A DNA stretch of 64,000 nucleotides from Blasia pusilla (taxonomy: Eukaryota): contig CM114271.1 of NCBI GenBank assembly GCA_050084515.1, positions 744,001 through 808,000 on the forward strand, written 5' to 3'. The position numbers were made by a program, and so were the translations under genes. Shown here piece by piece: positions 1 through 13,900 of the stretch; the stretch's first letter is position 1; each line of letters begins with the position of its first letter. The notes under the pieces are model-generated. The model did not search any database, had not been told where the DNA came from, and saw only the letters and a program-made list of their open reading frames with translations.

Positions 1-138
1 GTTGTGTGATCTCCATGTATATGTATGAGTTGATTTTTGTACATGTGTGGATCGACCCGTGTGTGGGGAAGATCGGTGTTGTGTGGTGTAGATGTGACGA
101 GCGATGTATGTTGTGTAGCGATATGTATGCGCACGACA
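1..138 (+). mobile_element. Terminal part of an LTR (ends ...gcgcacgACA), same LTR family as 59582/60227 but in the opposite orientation
   Basis: Reverse complement of ~95-138 (tgtcgtgcgcatacatatcgctacacaacatacatcg) nearly matches tgtcgtgcgcatacacatcgctacataatatacatcg at 59582; it ends in CA. Confidence 0.7.
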
Positions 139-229
139 AAGAGATGCAAAGTTCACCTTTGAGTTTTGGACTTTACTAATCACGCATCTTGGAACCAATC
201 TCTGTAACCTGCAAGAAGTGCAAAATTAT

Positions 230-1160
230 TCCTAACCCATGTGTTTTGATTGCATGAACTCCCAAGAGACATTGTGAGTGAAAGAGATGAAACGTTCATC
301 TTTGAGCTTTGGAATTATCTATTTAAGTTTAGTGCTGCCTATCAGTCGCAAACGGACGGCTAAAATGAACGAGTGAACCATGTTCTAGAATAAGGCCTGT
401 GCAACTACATTGTGGGTGATCAAAGAGATTAGGTATACCATCTAGCCTTTCAGGAATTTGCATATAACTCCACTTGCCATTTGAGATGATCTATCGAGAA
501 CGCCACCTACTACTCACACCCTTATCCTTGTCCATGTGGAATGAGGCACACCGGCCTAGGGCTTTAGCCATGCCCAAAGTTGATTTTTTTCTGAATATGA
601 ACGAGTTTGTGTTGGATCTCGTCACCAAAGCTAACATGGCGAGCACTCAAAAACAGTGCGCCAAACACGCCAACTAGCATCCACGCGATGTGGAGTATTA
701 GGTGGGGAACAAGGTTTGGTTGAAAATGAGGAATTTTTATTTCCCGGCAAGCCATATGTGGAAGCTAGTACCCCATAGGGTGGGACCTTACAATATTATC
801 AGACTAGCTGCCAAGGTGGCTTATAAATTTCAGTTGTTCGCCACTGTGAAGAGTTGTCATCAGATCTTCCCTGTTTCATTGCTAAAAAAGGTTGTCGAGG
901 ATTTGGACCAATTCTCGTCTCAAGAACCAAATTGGCACCATTTTTTAGAGGCTTTACTAGAGTTGCAAGGCATGCGAGTGGAGGAAATACTGAAGGGGAG
1001 AATGATCGCGAATTGCGAAGGTCACTTTCATGGTGCGTTTCTATGGACATGGGCCGGCCCCGAGGGGTGGAGGCTACTTGGGAACCATTGAAGGCGCTTC
1101 CTAGGCAACAGATAAGCATCCCACTCAAACGATGGTTGGAAACCCAACTTAAGCAAACGT
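230..1160 (+). pseudogene. Degenerate Ty3/Gypsy integrase C-terminus with GPY/F motif and chromodomain-like tail
   Basis: AYQSQTDG*NERVNHVLE at ~337-390. ORF 702-1091 contains GNKVWL..KLVPHRVGPYNI..AYKFQL..IFPVSLLK, followed by a VEEILK...ATWEP chromo-like remnant. Stops and frameshifts are present. Confidence 0.85.
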
Positions 1161-2773
1161 GAAGAGACTGATTCCAAGAATCAATTAATTGGTGTGCTAT
1201 GCTCTTGGAATCAAGCTCTCATGGTCCACAAGTACGTCCCAATTGTGGAAAATAAACTCTCTAATCATATAAAAAAATGAAAAACCGTCTCATATCAATT
1301 TTCTTCATGTGAAATTAGTTTGAAAATTAAACCAAACATGAAGAAATGCAGAGGAGAACCCTAAAGATTTTTTTCAGGAAGCCAATAAATTTGAAGATGA
1401 CAATCAAGGAAGAGAAAGAAAATCATCCGGAAAGTCACCTTAGTCAAAAATAAAAACATTATATACAAGGAATCTCAACAACACTAACATAGGAGTTGGT
1501 GGATGATTCTTTATGTCTCATGATTCCGAGACATGAAGAAACGATGTTATCGTGGATTCAGTTAGCATATTTTTATTTTCTTTCTAAATAAAAATTTTAA
1601 TTCAACCTTCCCAGACGCTTTTGTTCCAGTTCTATTTTCCCCCACACCCTACAGTAGCAGCTCATAGAAGAGGGTGGAAGCAGTTCACCGCAGTCCTGAC
1701 GTTCCGACTACGCTGTAACTGAAAGTTCATGTTTAAGGAATCGCAGTTTGAGGCTAATTCGCCTTAATGACAATTCCACTAGACTCGTGTTCTCGTAAAC
1801 TGGACTTAGTGCTTGTCTGTCCAAATCCAGCTATGACTATAGTTGGAGGGATCCGATGCCTAACTTACGACTTGATGGAGGCTGGAGTTTCGTGCCACTA
1901 GTTTCGAGGAGGCCAAGGGATAGTAAGTACTAAGTAAGTGCCAGTGCTGCACACACGCGTGATTAAAGTGGGACCCTGAGGGTTAGTGGACGTTGCGGTT
2001 CGCGTACTGTAGTTTGGAGTACAGTGGGATACTCTGCGAATGTCCGTGATGTACGACTGGTATCTTCCGGTCCGTGACTAGAGGAAGGAAGGAAGGAGTA
2101 CGAGGTCGGTCGGATAAAGAATGTCACCAGAGTGGACGGAAGAGCTCGTCAACTCCGTAACTCGCTTTCACTTTTCACTTTTCCTTCCACATCCGGAAAT
2201 TCCTCCTGCGATATCTCAGGGAACCACAGTTCAAGAAACTTAATTCGGAATAAAGCGTTTAGATGACAGTTTTCCTTACGTATGGTGTTTACTCTTCCCA
2301 ATATATGGGTGTTGAATTATTATTTTATTGTATTTTTCTTGTAAAACAATCTTATTCTTTCTAAATGTTACTTTTCTCTGAATTTTTTTCCCAAGTAGCA
2401 TGATTCAAATATAGAGACTCCTTAGAAATATCAGGGTATGCCCATATTGATTTGTGTTGAAGAGTTGGAATGATAACTTATATACCTTGCTTAAGTCAGA
2501 TTTTCGAGTTACATGAAGAGTTGGAATGATAATTTATATATCTTGCTTTAATCAGATTTAAGAGTTATAGAGAACCCTCTTTACTTTTCCACTCTCTCAT
2601 TCATAAGTTTCCCTTCAACAATGCATGGTGGGAGAAAATGATTTCTTCTTGAGTTGAAATTTTTGTCATTTAGTGACACATACATTCTTTTTAAATATAA
2701 AAAATAAGCCTTCATTAATAGTGTACATTTATTTCAAGGTTTGAACTTCTCTCTTTTATGAGTATTTTCTAAA

Positions 2774-2870
2774 TCTATATTATTAAGAAAAGAATGGGGT
2801 TAGAAAAACCCTCCTCTAGTGTTGACACATGTCCTTTCAAACCTAAACATACGTGTCAGATTTAAAGAAT
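2774..2870 (+). mobile_element. Helitron 5' end, same family as 56713-56963
   Basis: A|TCTATATTATTAAG start. The following ggggttagaaaaaccctcctct..gacacat sequence aligns with ggggtttaggaaacccctcctct..gacacat at ~56733. Confidence 0.55.
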
Positions 2871-4562
2871 AGTTAAATTGAGAAGAAAAAAGACTTAAAG
2901 GGATGCGAAAAAATTCTCCTCACATGTGCATGGCTATCCCATTACACGTGTCTCTTGTTTAGTTAAGATCAAGCCCTCCTTTCCTCTAAGTCATCCCCTT
3001 CACTTATGTTCTCCCTTTTTAATGTGTAATTAAAAATTCCCACTCCTCATCTTGACTTATAGTGTCTTGAAAACCCATGGCCAAAACTTCCAAGGATATG
3101 CGCTCGTTTTTATCTTAAGGGTTTTCCCATGCATTGTATCTTTCTTATATGAAAACAAACTTACAACGTAAAATTGGAAGAACTCTAAAAAATATCAAGG
3201 TGCTTGTAAAACAAAAATTGTGAGGTCCCCCTTCAAACTGATGAAAGTATATAGAACTTAGGAACTTGCATTGGTGATGGGCATCCTTTCAATCCAAATG
3301 TCCTTGGGTTTTCCCTACGAGATCCATGGAGATTCAAATATGAGTTAAGACAACAAATATTTCTACCCAAAAGGCTTGGTGTTCATACAAGGATTTGAAC
3401 TTCAGACCTAGTTCTTTGGACCGTGGACTCCTGACACTTGTTTATAGTTCTATGCATGTCATAAGCAAAGAAAATGCATGATATTAATATCACATACTCG
3501 AGGTTAATTTGCCTCGTTGAAAGATGAGGGCGCCTAGGGCCAAAGTGGGCATCATATCACAATTGAATCATCCTATTGCATATGATTGACTTAAGACAAT
3601 ATCTTGAGTGACTTGAAAAATGCTTGAGGTGTAGAATTCAATGATGAGAAATCATTGAATTCAACACTTTCAACATTTTTCAAGTTGTGAAACATTAAGA
3701 AAAAGTGTTATCCTCCATTCATATCCAAACTTGTTAATCCCTAGCCTTGCACTCCTCCCACATGAATTATGTATGCTAGTCATAAAGCCATCAATATTCT
3801 CTAGAATGTTTTCTTACTATCAAGCTAATAGATTTTGCAAATAAAAAACTATCTTCCCTTAATACTATAAATTATATCTTAATTGAAAGATTGAAAACCT
3901 ACCAATTTACTCAGGTGATATTCTCTAAAATAATACTTACTTTAAAGAATTTTTTTAAAATTTCCTTACTATAAAATATCTCAGTTTTTCCTTGCCATAA
4001 AGAACGTCATTAAATGCTATATTTTAATTAAAAAGTATTAGTCATGTCCCCTAACATGCAAACGACTAAACTAACTAAAAAGAAAATAGACCTGGGCGGA
4101 AAGAAAACCATCGCGCAAAAGTGAATCTTTCCCGATCTCGCAAACCGAATCTCGTCCCGAATGCTCAGAGTCACGGACGAACTCTTAGGTGAAAAGATAA
4201 CGCGCTGGATTCCTGGGTTCAAAAGACGGATGGCCAGGACCGCCAGAGGCGGGTCGTTGTCCGCTGTCAGAAGGACACTAACAGCGACCGGGTATTCACA
4301 CGTGGCCCGCGGCGCGTGAACACATTCGATCCCCAGATCCCTGTCCGGTACGCTAGCCTACGGCAACCGGGTATGTCCGGTGTCTGGCTCAGACTCGCGT
4401 ACAGATGAAATATGCTCTCGCCGAAGTCATTTTTAAATGTTATTTTTCATTTTGTCGAAGAAATATAAAATATATTAGCATAACATCCTTTTCGCTGTAG
4501 ATACTATAATAAGAAAAGTTCATAAATAGGAAAAGTACAAAAGGAGTCCAACAGAAACTCAA

Positions 4563-4659
4563 ATACCTTCCTCAGGCTATGTATGAGTAGTCTTTTTGGT
4601 ATTTTTTAAGTAAGAAAAAATACCAAAAAGACTACTCATACATAGCCTGAGGAAGGTAT
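4563..4659. repeat. Perfect inverted repeat, 45 bp arms with a 7 nt loop
   Basis: 4563-4607 is the exact reverse complement of 4615-4659; the loop is aagtaag. Confidence 0.95.
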
Positions 4660-5477
4660 GAAAAAATACCAAAATTCTTTTTGTTTCATGCGTATGACTT
4701 TTCTCTCATTCGAGAATTATGGAACGAGTTGTCTTTTTGGTATTTTTATTAATTAATAAAATTATTTTTGTTAAAAAATTTGCCATGAAAGTCTTAACCA
4801 AGCACTTATTAATCATTCTTAAGAAATAAAAATCCAACTAAAAACTAAGAAATAAATAAATATTAATTCCTTAAAATGTTTTTACTCTGAGTAGAATACT
4901 AAGATGGAAAGTGACCCGTAGTACCATGAATCGTAATGTACGCTAAAACACGGAGGACAGAGCAGGTAGGTGCCAGATGGCGTCGCGTCTCTCCTCTCGC
5001 TGTCAGACTTCAATAGTCCCAAGAAGTTGAAAGTACCGGTACTGCACCGTATGGGCATGGGCCCCACAGGAAGCAGGGGTAACTGAGAACTGTAAGGGCA
5101 ATGGACGACGGCGACGGTCAGGTACGTAGTCCCCCGCAGCGAAACGCGACAACTTGTGCCGTCGCTGTCTGCCTGGACGACCGCCGGCGCGCCTGCGTGC
5201 GTGCGTGCGTGCGGGCTGGTGCGTGGGTGGGTGCCACTGGGTGGAGGGCACCGTTCGTGCGTGGTGGACGAAGAGGGATGGAACTCTCCAGTGATAACGT
5301 GACGGAAAGTATTATTAATTAACCAGAGAACTAACCAGCTTAAGTAGTCATTGGGCCTTCGATTAACCGACGGTCTCCGGTTTTCGGAATATATTTTAGT
5401 TCGTAAGAGATCTCATGGGCAGATTTTGATATGTAAAAATTATTTAGAATTAAAATCTATGTAATTAAAAGAAGATA

Positions 5478-6368
5478 TCTAATCTAATCTCATCTTCAAT
5501 ATACTTTAATGCAACTCAATATAATACACATCAACGCCTGTCATATTGAAGGCGCCTATCCTATTAAGTTTTGGCCGTTAAAGGGCCAAAAACTTAATAG
5601 ATGCTTTTTTCCTAGCCACATTTGACAAATGAAAAAAATTCTTCACCCGCTCATAGCACATGCATTATATTTGTATTTAGGTAATTGGAAGAAGGAGAAA
5701 GAGTACATGAGAATGACAAGAAGGAGTAGTGGAGGGGCCAAATTGGGGGCTTTTAACTTGTAGATGGCTACTAGGGTCATTCAAAGTGGGATTTGGGTTA
5801 GATATTGCAATTCTTGAATTGAACTCCTCCATCGACTGATCATAGGAGAGAACAATATATTAGTTCTAACTCTTTGCTCTTTATGTGGTTGATTACTTTG
5901 TGAGTTTTAATTATAATGTTAATCCACTTTTGTTGTCCCAAGAAATTAGGATGGTAGATGCGACAAGCGACTCCATCACCATCCTCACACATGTGAGATA
6001 AGCTTTGAGTGGTCATCCTAATACTATTCTCACTAGTACTACATTGCTTGCTTAGGCAATGCATTGGGTTTGATGTGCATAAAGCCCATTATATGACCTC
6101 TTCTTCTTCAAGAGGGCTTCCCGTCTATTAGTAATTGTCAACTTCTATTCCCAATAAGAGTCTTAATGTCTTAATCTATATTATTATGGGAGGGTTCTTC
6201 CTTGATTTTCGACCACCTTTTTTTTTGACATCTTGTCTTCTTGACCAATAAGATGACTCACTCTCTTAGTCAAGAGGCTTGTTTGATATTGATTCAAAGG
6301 ATTTGTTGTATTAAGTCCTTAATCACATTTTTATATAATCAATTGTGCAAAGCACGAGCATCCACTAG
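5478..6368 (+). mobile_element. Putative non-autonomous Helitron
   Basis: A|TCTAATCT 5' start, hairpin at ~5562-5600, 3' gtgcaaagcac hairpin followed by CTAG|T at 6365-6369, and an AT-rich non-coding interior. Confidence 0.55.
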
Positions 6369-7983
6369 TAGTATAGGTTACAATAGTACTTCCTAGGCGA
6401 TTTAGATTAGTCATTGCGTGTAAAGGAATGAGTCACTTCAAAGGCATACCATGTACGTTTGTAAAATCCAAATTTATTTTCGAAATTTTTGATTTATATT
6501 AGGGTTACTTCTACTTGAATAGTAAGAGTTGATTTCCTCTTATATTAGAAATAAGGGGTCTCTATTGTTTTTCATTGTATCATGCTAATGGATTTGAGAT
6601 GCGCTCTAACGTTAGGAGAAGTCACCATAAGAGACCTAGGTATTTACCTTGTATGTTCCATAAGACCCCCAACACCGTGGGCATTAAGTGGTTATGGTCT
6701 AAAAGGGTCATTGAATTTTCTATGGCCAAAACTTTTGGACATAAAAAAGACCGACATTTTGGTGACCTTGATTATTAGACACACCGATTGTTTGTCAGAA
6801 TTTCTTAGTTTGTGTGTGTTGGAAATATGTTTTGTCTCAATATCGACAATATCTATAGGATGGGACCTTAAGGCAACATTAGGACTGCTCAACAATGGAG
6901 CATAGCAATTGTCCCCCTAAATAACAAGCATGAAAATTGCAATGGGAGGAAACGACAAGCCACAAGTGCATGCTATTCATCACCTATGACACTTAATTAA
7001 ACATGTCGTTGTGCCTCTCCTGGGGTGAGCAAATTAAATGATTCACTCCTGCTAACAAAAATCAAATTCTTTATCTGATGAAAATAAGGTGTGTCACTCA
7101 ATTGCACGTGAAGGGGGATGGCCATGTGATGGGCTATATGTAACTCCTAATGACCGACAATCGAGGGAATAAGACGGGGAAATTTGCATAATCTTTGGAG
7201 CATGGTCTGGGGAGTTTTTCCGCGAGAACCGGTACTCGTCCGATATGTACCAAACATGACGGTAAATCTCAAAGTTTTGCTAATTTCATCCGGCCAGCTC
7301 AACACGTAACCCCATACAATGCTTTGGAGGTTCAAGATTGATAGGTCCAAATACACTACCACTTAGGTGCAAACATATCCCGTGCACCTTGACCCTTCAA
7401 AAATTGACCATAGCTACCCCATATGGATTGCCACGGACCTAAACGACTCGCCCTACTAGAACACTATTTCCCATGCGAGTTCGGAATCCCTACTATCGAA
7501 CTTTGATGCCACACCCCTTTAGGGCAGCCCCTCCGCCCTCCCCTCCCTCGTTCTAAGAAAGATTCCCTTTTCCTTTCTCCGGGATCCGGCCCTCCCGTCC
7601 CCTCGTGCGGTCAGTTCCCCCGTCCTTCCTTCCCCGTGAGGCAGCAGGCGACGGTGGTCCGCCGTCGCGCTACGGCGGAGCTCGGGGCGCGACGGCGGAT
7701 CAAGATCGCAGCGCGGCGCAGCCCCTGCAGGGGATCCTGGGAACCACCTCCGGGGAATTCCCTCGCGATGAGACGCTGTGACAGAACGACGGCGTATAGA
7801 ATCGCATGCGCTGCGCAACATCACAGTGATCGAAAGAACTCATTCAGAATTCGGAAAGCTGTCCCGAGCAGAGAGGGAAGGTGGTGAGAGAGAGAGATGA
7901 GGAGGGAGGGGAATTCACAGGAGACTGAGAAGCTTGAGGAGAAGTCGAGTTCCCAAAGCGGACAGCTCCCGCCTCGCCGGGGA

Positions 7984-10900
7984 ATGGATCGCCGCGGGCT
8001 CTTGAAGATGTCGCCGGAGGTCGGAGGGACTGTGGGGAGCTTGTGACAGGAGCACGGGAAAGCTCTGGTATGCTCGGAAACGGTAGCGTGCGATTCGACT
8101 GCTGCGGAGGCTATCGCCACAGGAGCCCCTTCGAATTCGCATCATGGTCAGTACTGGATCCCCGCTCAGCGATGTCCCCCACAGCGGGAGCTCGCCGCGA
8201 TTTCTGCAGAGCTCTGGCGTTTAGGCTCAATTGAATCGTTTCGGGGTTTCGATTCTCGAGCAGAGAGGAGCTGTGTTCTAATTGTTGTGCGTTGCAGGAA
8301 TGGTCGACCTGTGAATTTTCTGTGCTTGTCGAGTCTGGTGGTCGGAGAGAGCTCCGTGAGCTCAAGTGTTTTTCTCGATACCATCTCCTCCTCCGTCTCC
8401 CCAAATTCTGCCTCAGGCTGTTAGGAAGACAGGCATGAGCTGCGACTCGGGAGAAGGAGAATTTTTCAAAACCTCCATCTTCTTCGTCCTGACGGTTTTG
8501 TGGAACGTCTTGTGTGCTTCCAGGAGTACGAGGAATCGCCAGAGCGGTACCCACCGGTGATCCGAGCTCCTCCGATGATCAATGCAGCTAATCCTGCTCG
8601 GCCCGGCTCCGCTCAAGCTTCCAGGATCAACTCCAGCTCTCAGCAAGAACAGCAGCAACGTAGATTTTCCCCAGGTCCTAGCTATGAGAGCACCCGAGCT
8701 CCCAGATCACCACCACCACCATATCTGGACGAGTCTCCCCGCAGATTCGCTGCTGACAGCCCCCCATATTTTCCTGCTCGCCCCCCTCCTCCACCACCAC
8801 CCGGTTTTCTCGATGAATCTCCCCGGAGGTTTGCTGGAAGCTCATCTCCTTATCGGTACTCTGAGGGCCTTCCATTGCCTCCTCCGTATCAGGACGAAAG
8901 CCCGTATCGGTACCACTCCGAACCCCCTTCTCCTCCTCCCAGCTACTTGGACGATGCTCCTCGACGATTCGCAGGTGGGAGCCCAGGCTTGGGAGGTGCT
9001 GCAGGGCTTGGAAGATATGAGACAGAGAGTCCCCCTCATAGATATGTGGACGAGAGTCCTCGCAGATTCTCAGGTTTGTCCCCTCATCGTTACTTGGATG
9101 AGGGCCCATCGAGATACGAGAGGGAGTCGCCTCAACGGTATCTGGAAGATGTGCCACGAAGAAGATACGAAGTTTCTCCCCAGCGCTACTTGGAAGCTCC
9201 TCCTCCTGGCTATGGACGAGGTGATCGATATGATGACAGCCCTCCTGGAGCTTATGCCGAGGACGGTCTCAGACGATTTCAAGGTGGTAGCACTCCTCCA
9301 TCACGGTATGCAGACACTGCTGCAAGATTCGAAGGAGAAGGTACTCCTCCCAGGTACACACCGGACGGGTCGCCCCCTAGTGAGTTCCAACAAAGATTTC
9401 TGGTGGGTAGTGAATCACCTCGATTCCCAAGTAACCGTCCTTCACCCACACGCCCAAGCTACGTTGCAGCAGCAGGAGGCGCCACTCCTCCAAGATATGA
9501 AAGTAGAGCTCTTCCACCTGCGTATGGAAGCCCTTATCGACTCGAAGGGACTCTATCAGCAGCTCCAGCATATATGAGTCCTACTCGGCATGATGGCAGT
9601 CCACCCGGCCCTGGATATCGGGGGAAAGGTGGGTATGAATCTAGTACTCTGCCTTCGGCATATGATGTTGCTCCTACGACAGTATACCCACCTCGACAAT
9701 CACCACCCAGTGCATATGAATCTGAGGCTGGAGCTTCTGGGAGCAGGCGTGGATCCTCTCCTTTCCTCACATCCGATTCTGCAGACAGCACTCCTCGACA
9801 CCGTGATAGCTCATCATCACCTCTATCTGACCATTTTCCATTGAGAGTACCCCCAGGTATGAAACCTGTTTACGGAGGAGAGGATCTCCCGGGTCGCCAT
9901 CCTGATGGCACTCCTCCCGATGTGGTCATGGGTGGTCGGCCTATGGACTCTACTAGTCAGGGTCCTCTTCCTGGTTTTGCGACTGCACCCCGAGGATATA
10001 ATACTGGTGCTCCAGGAGGGTTTGCTGCTGTCCCACCCCAGGGCATTCCTGGAGGCTATGGCATCCCTGATCGTTCTTATCAAAATGTGGCTCATCCTTA
10101 CTTCCGGGATAATCCTACACCTTTCGTACCTGTAGCACTTCCTCGTCGACGAGCTGATGGGTACACAATTCGCACACCTCCTCGGGATGATACTCGCAGA
10201 GCTCCTCGAGACGAGATTTATACTGCTAATGTCACGCCCATTAGTATCGATGAGAAGCTGAAGGTTGATCCATTTTCCTTGTGTTTCTCCGCTCCTTTTC
10301 CTTCGTTTGGTGTTTGCGATGTAGAGTTAATGTCATGAAGCTGAGCGTCTCTCAGCTCCATGTAGGAAGGCTCTCCAGACTCTGGAGAGCCTCACTGCCA
10401 ATTTCGTGTCGACTGTGATGAGAGCAACTGATGGCGTTTCTCTCCTTTTTTGTGGGGTGTCTCATGGAGCATTGAATCTGTGAAGTTGAATAACTTCTTT
10501 CTCCTCCTCCAGTAGCCTTCAGAATAGTCTTTCCATAGATAGCCTTCTTGGAACCTTATGCAGCCTCGCACCTGCTGGGTAGGTGCCAGTTACTTGTATG
10601 TGTGGAGAATGAGGTTTTAGAGGAACGAGAAGTAGTGTATGTCTTAAGAACTCCTGTCAGTTCATTAGGTTTGAGCACTGATTCCAAGGAGCCCAATACC
10701 GTGGAGCCGACGTCCCTACACGAGCTTAACTCTTTCAAAATGTAGTCCCCGACTCTTTGTGCTGTAGATTGCTTGCATGAGAACAGAAAGTGAAATTCAG
10801 TCATATCCCAGATTCAGAGTAAGGTAGTATAGGGCACTCTGTAAGGTTTTGACAGCAGAACTGGAACATAGTCAAAATCTTGCAGAGTGCCCTATACTGC

Positions 10901-13900
10901 CTTACAATGTTCCAATTCTGATCAATGGGAGAGATTCTACTGCCCTTGACTGAGCAAGCAGTGGCTGCCTTAACGTATAGTTCTGGACCTAGCTGGAAGA
11001 TGGTAGTGACAGGGATAGGTGCAGGAGGATAGATTTGTGAAGAAAGTTTCATGCGAGTGACTTGAGTAAGTGTGCGCTGGATAGTAATAATGTTTTCAGG
11101 TGTAATCAGAAGAACTTTACTTTGAATGAGGAAGTCTTGAAAACCAGGATTACCATCGCTGCAGCTTTGGTTAGGGACACCCGGATACTGAATGTGAGGA
11201 AACCTTGTGGTGAAATCAGTGTAGCAATTATGACGTTTGAGATGGTAGATAAGAAAGTGTATCATATCTGAGTTATGAACCTCGTAAACATAAGTTTCTA
11301 GTCCAGCAGCTTTTGCGAGTGAATCTTGACTTCTAAACTCAAAGGATAGCTTTGGTGAAACCAGCTTAGCAGTTTTGTTTCCGGTGGTTCAGGGGTTGAA
11401 TTCATCTATTGGCACTAGATCTTGACCGACCACTCAACTGGAAGAAAAGCTTTAGTGAACGTCGCTTAGCAGTCATGTAGGAGGTGGTTTTGGAAATTCT
11501 TCTAAGTTCACTGTGTTTAGAAATCTTATCCCCACCATTACACAGTTCGCTTTTCCAGTATTGTTCTAGTCCATCCCATCTTACTCGTTTTGTGGTTAGA
11601 GGTAATAGTCCCCTCTCTCAACCCTTGCCAGGTTCTTGAGTAAGGAACTTTCCCTGACAGTTGTCCAGTCAGTAGAGAAAGGGCTGATTTACTTTTTTTG
11701 TTTTCTGACATGGACTACCCTCTACTGAATGTGGGAAGGGATCCAAATCTTAGCAGAACCATACTGCGGGAAAATGTTGCTCAGGTTTCCAGGCTTCCTG
11801 AAACGTAGATTACCATTTGAATCTGAGTGTGGGTCGACGATGTGCAGAATGTGGGACCTCTTCCAGGGAACCCTGGAAATACAACTGGCGGGGCTTGGAA
11901 AGATATGTGGTTTGCACTTGTTTTCATTCTACACATTGGGGGAATCGCTGCTTTGAGCGTCATATTTGGGCTGCATGCAATCAAGAAAACCATTAATACC
12001 TTCGATACCTCAGGTGCCTACCGGATAACCAACTGGTTCCCCCAGCTGGGTGCTGCTGCCATTGTGGGTACCATATTTGCATGCGTCTGGCAAATTGCGA
12101 TCAGGATTGCCCCGGTGTTCATGATATTATTTACAATATGGTCCGGTGCTGCAATTATGACTCTCCTCGGAATTGTCCTGATAGCAACAGGGAAGACCAC
12201 TGGTCTCATTGGCCTCCTGTTCTTCTTTGCTGGTCTCTCACAAGCTCTCTACTCATTTGTGGTCCGAGCAAGGTGAGGACCCAATAACCATCATGTTTCC
12301 TGGATAGTTCTTAGAAAGGGATTTCTGGATAGGAAGCGGTTCATAAGGCCACTGATGAGGTAACCAATAGTTATGCAGAAACTCAAACCTAGGATTTCCT
12401 ATTGGGAAGGACTAGTACTAAGAGAGTTTGTCTGTAAACACGTTTGGAAGCTCAACTGAGAATATTTACTCTCCAGCGGACATGGAAAATATTAATGTGC
12501 ACAATCAAAAGTTTTCAGATGTGTCGAGTTTGCTTATTCCCCCGAGTAGATGAGAATATCAGATCATTGTCCAGTGAGAGTATCCAAGATGACGGTATGT
12601 TGTGGCACACTGTCTAATGGGATCCTTCTCTTGGTGTCCACCAGCAGTTTGTCTACCTTTGCTAATTCCATGTGAATTTTGAATCTTCCATGAATTCTAA
12701 CTTGCTTCTTTTGGTTTTTCAGGATACCCTTTGCTGGTGATATGCTGAGAAAAGTTATCACAGTTTTGAACAAATATCCATCGACATATATTGTGTCATA
12801 CTTAATAGTTTTCGTCAGCCTTGGTTGGACGTCCCTTTGGATATTTGGGGTATCAGGAGCAGCCTTGCAACCTTATTATGCTTTCATCATAGTTGGTTTT
12901 GTGGCGAGCCTGGTGTGGACACTGCAGGTGCTAAGGAATATAGTTCGAATGGCGGTCGTTGGGACGGTGGCAGCTTTCTACAACCATGGGCCATCTAATA
13001 TGCCTAGAATGCCAACGTACATCGCGCTTATTCGTGCCTGCACGTCATGCCTAGGAAGTGTTTGTTTTGGATCCCTGGTTGTTCCCGTTATTGAAATTCC
13101 ATGCCATGTGGTGAGTGTTCTGACCTGTTGGTCATATGTAGCAAATCGCTATTGCCCTGAACTAGGCATGGAGAATGTGTGCAGACCTTGTTTACTTAGT
13201 TTGAATAGGGCTGACTTCATACTGTGAAGCTTGTAATGTTCTATTTTTGTATGGGATATGCTTGGGAGCTCTCAGAGCTTTGTTTGTATGTTCCCTTAGT
13301 GTTTGGAAAGACCCGCCACACACAAGAGAAGGTTTGCCATGGATTATTTGACTCGGTCAAAAGCAGCACAAAGGGTCTTAGGATTTTGCATCATGTTAAC
13401 GCTTCCTTAAATGTCTCACTGATGGATACTCGAAATGCAGTTACGCCGAATCAATGCTCAAGGTGGAACGAATGAGTTTCTCTTTTCCTGCATAGTATGC
13501 TTCCTGGGATGTTTTGATACAATGATCAGATATGCCAACAAACTGGCATATATCCAGGTAAGTTATAGTTCTGTTAGCCCTGCATATATGTTGCATTCGG
13601 AATTGTCTGCATATCATATTGGTGCAAAGTACTCGAGTCTTTACTCACCTGCTTGCTGGAGGCTAGAGACTCGAAGAGGAAGTACTTGGATCCACTGTGG
13701 AAAATTATGCTAGACATCGACTGTTCCTATGGGAGTTGTCCTTTGTTGAGTTTATCAGAAAGTCCAGGCACCTTGATTACATACTACTGACAGTTGGTTG
13801 TGACCAATCAAGGAGCAGACATGTCCCTTGTCCACTGGTCATTAGTTTACCCATGTATTGATAGGCCTTAGTGTACACTCAACTCCAAGGCTGTCAGTAG

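Noticed and set aside
2458-2560. 57 bp-period direct duplication
   Set aside because: Simple local slippage in AT-rich DNA with no further structure.
8582-9577. 331 aa overlapping ORF and antisense ORFs within the Pro-rich exon
   Set aside because: Shadow frames expected from GC-rich repetitive coding sequence; no motifs.
11729-11847. Earlier acceptors for the first membrane-domain exon of CTL
   Set aside because: AG sites at 11784 and 11792 lead to in-frame stops; 11848 keeps the frame.
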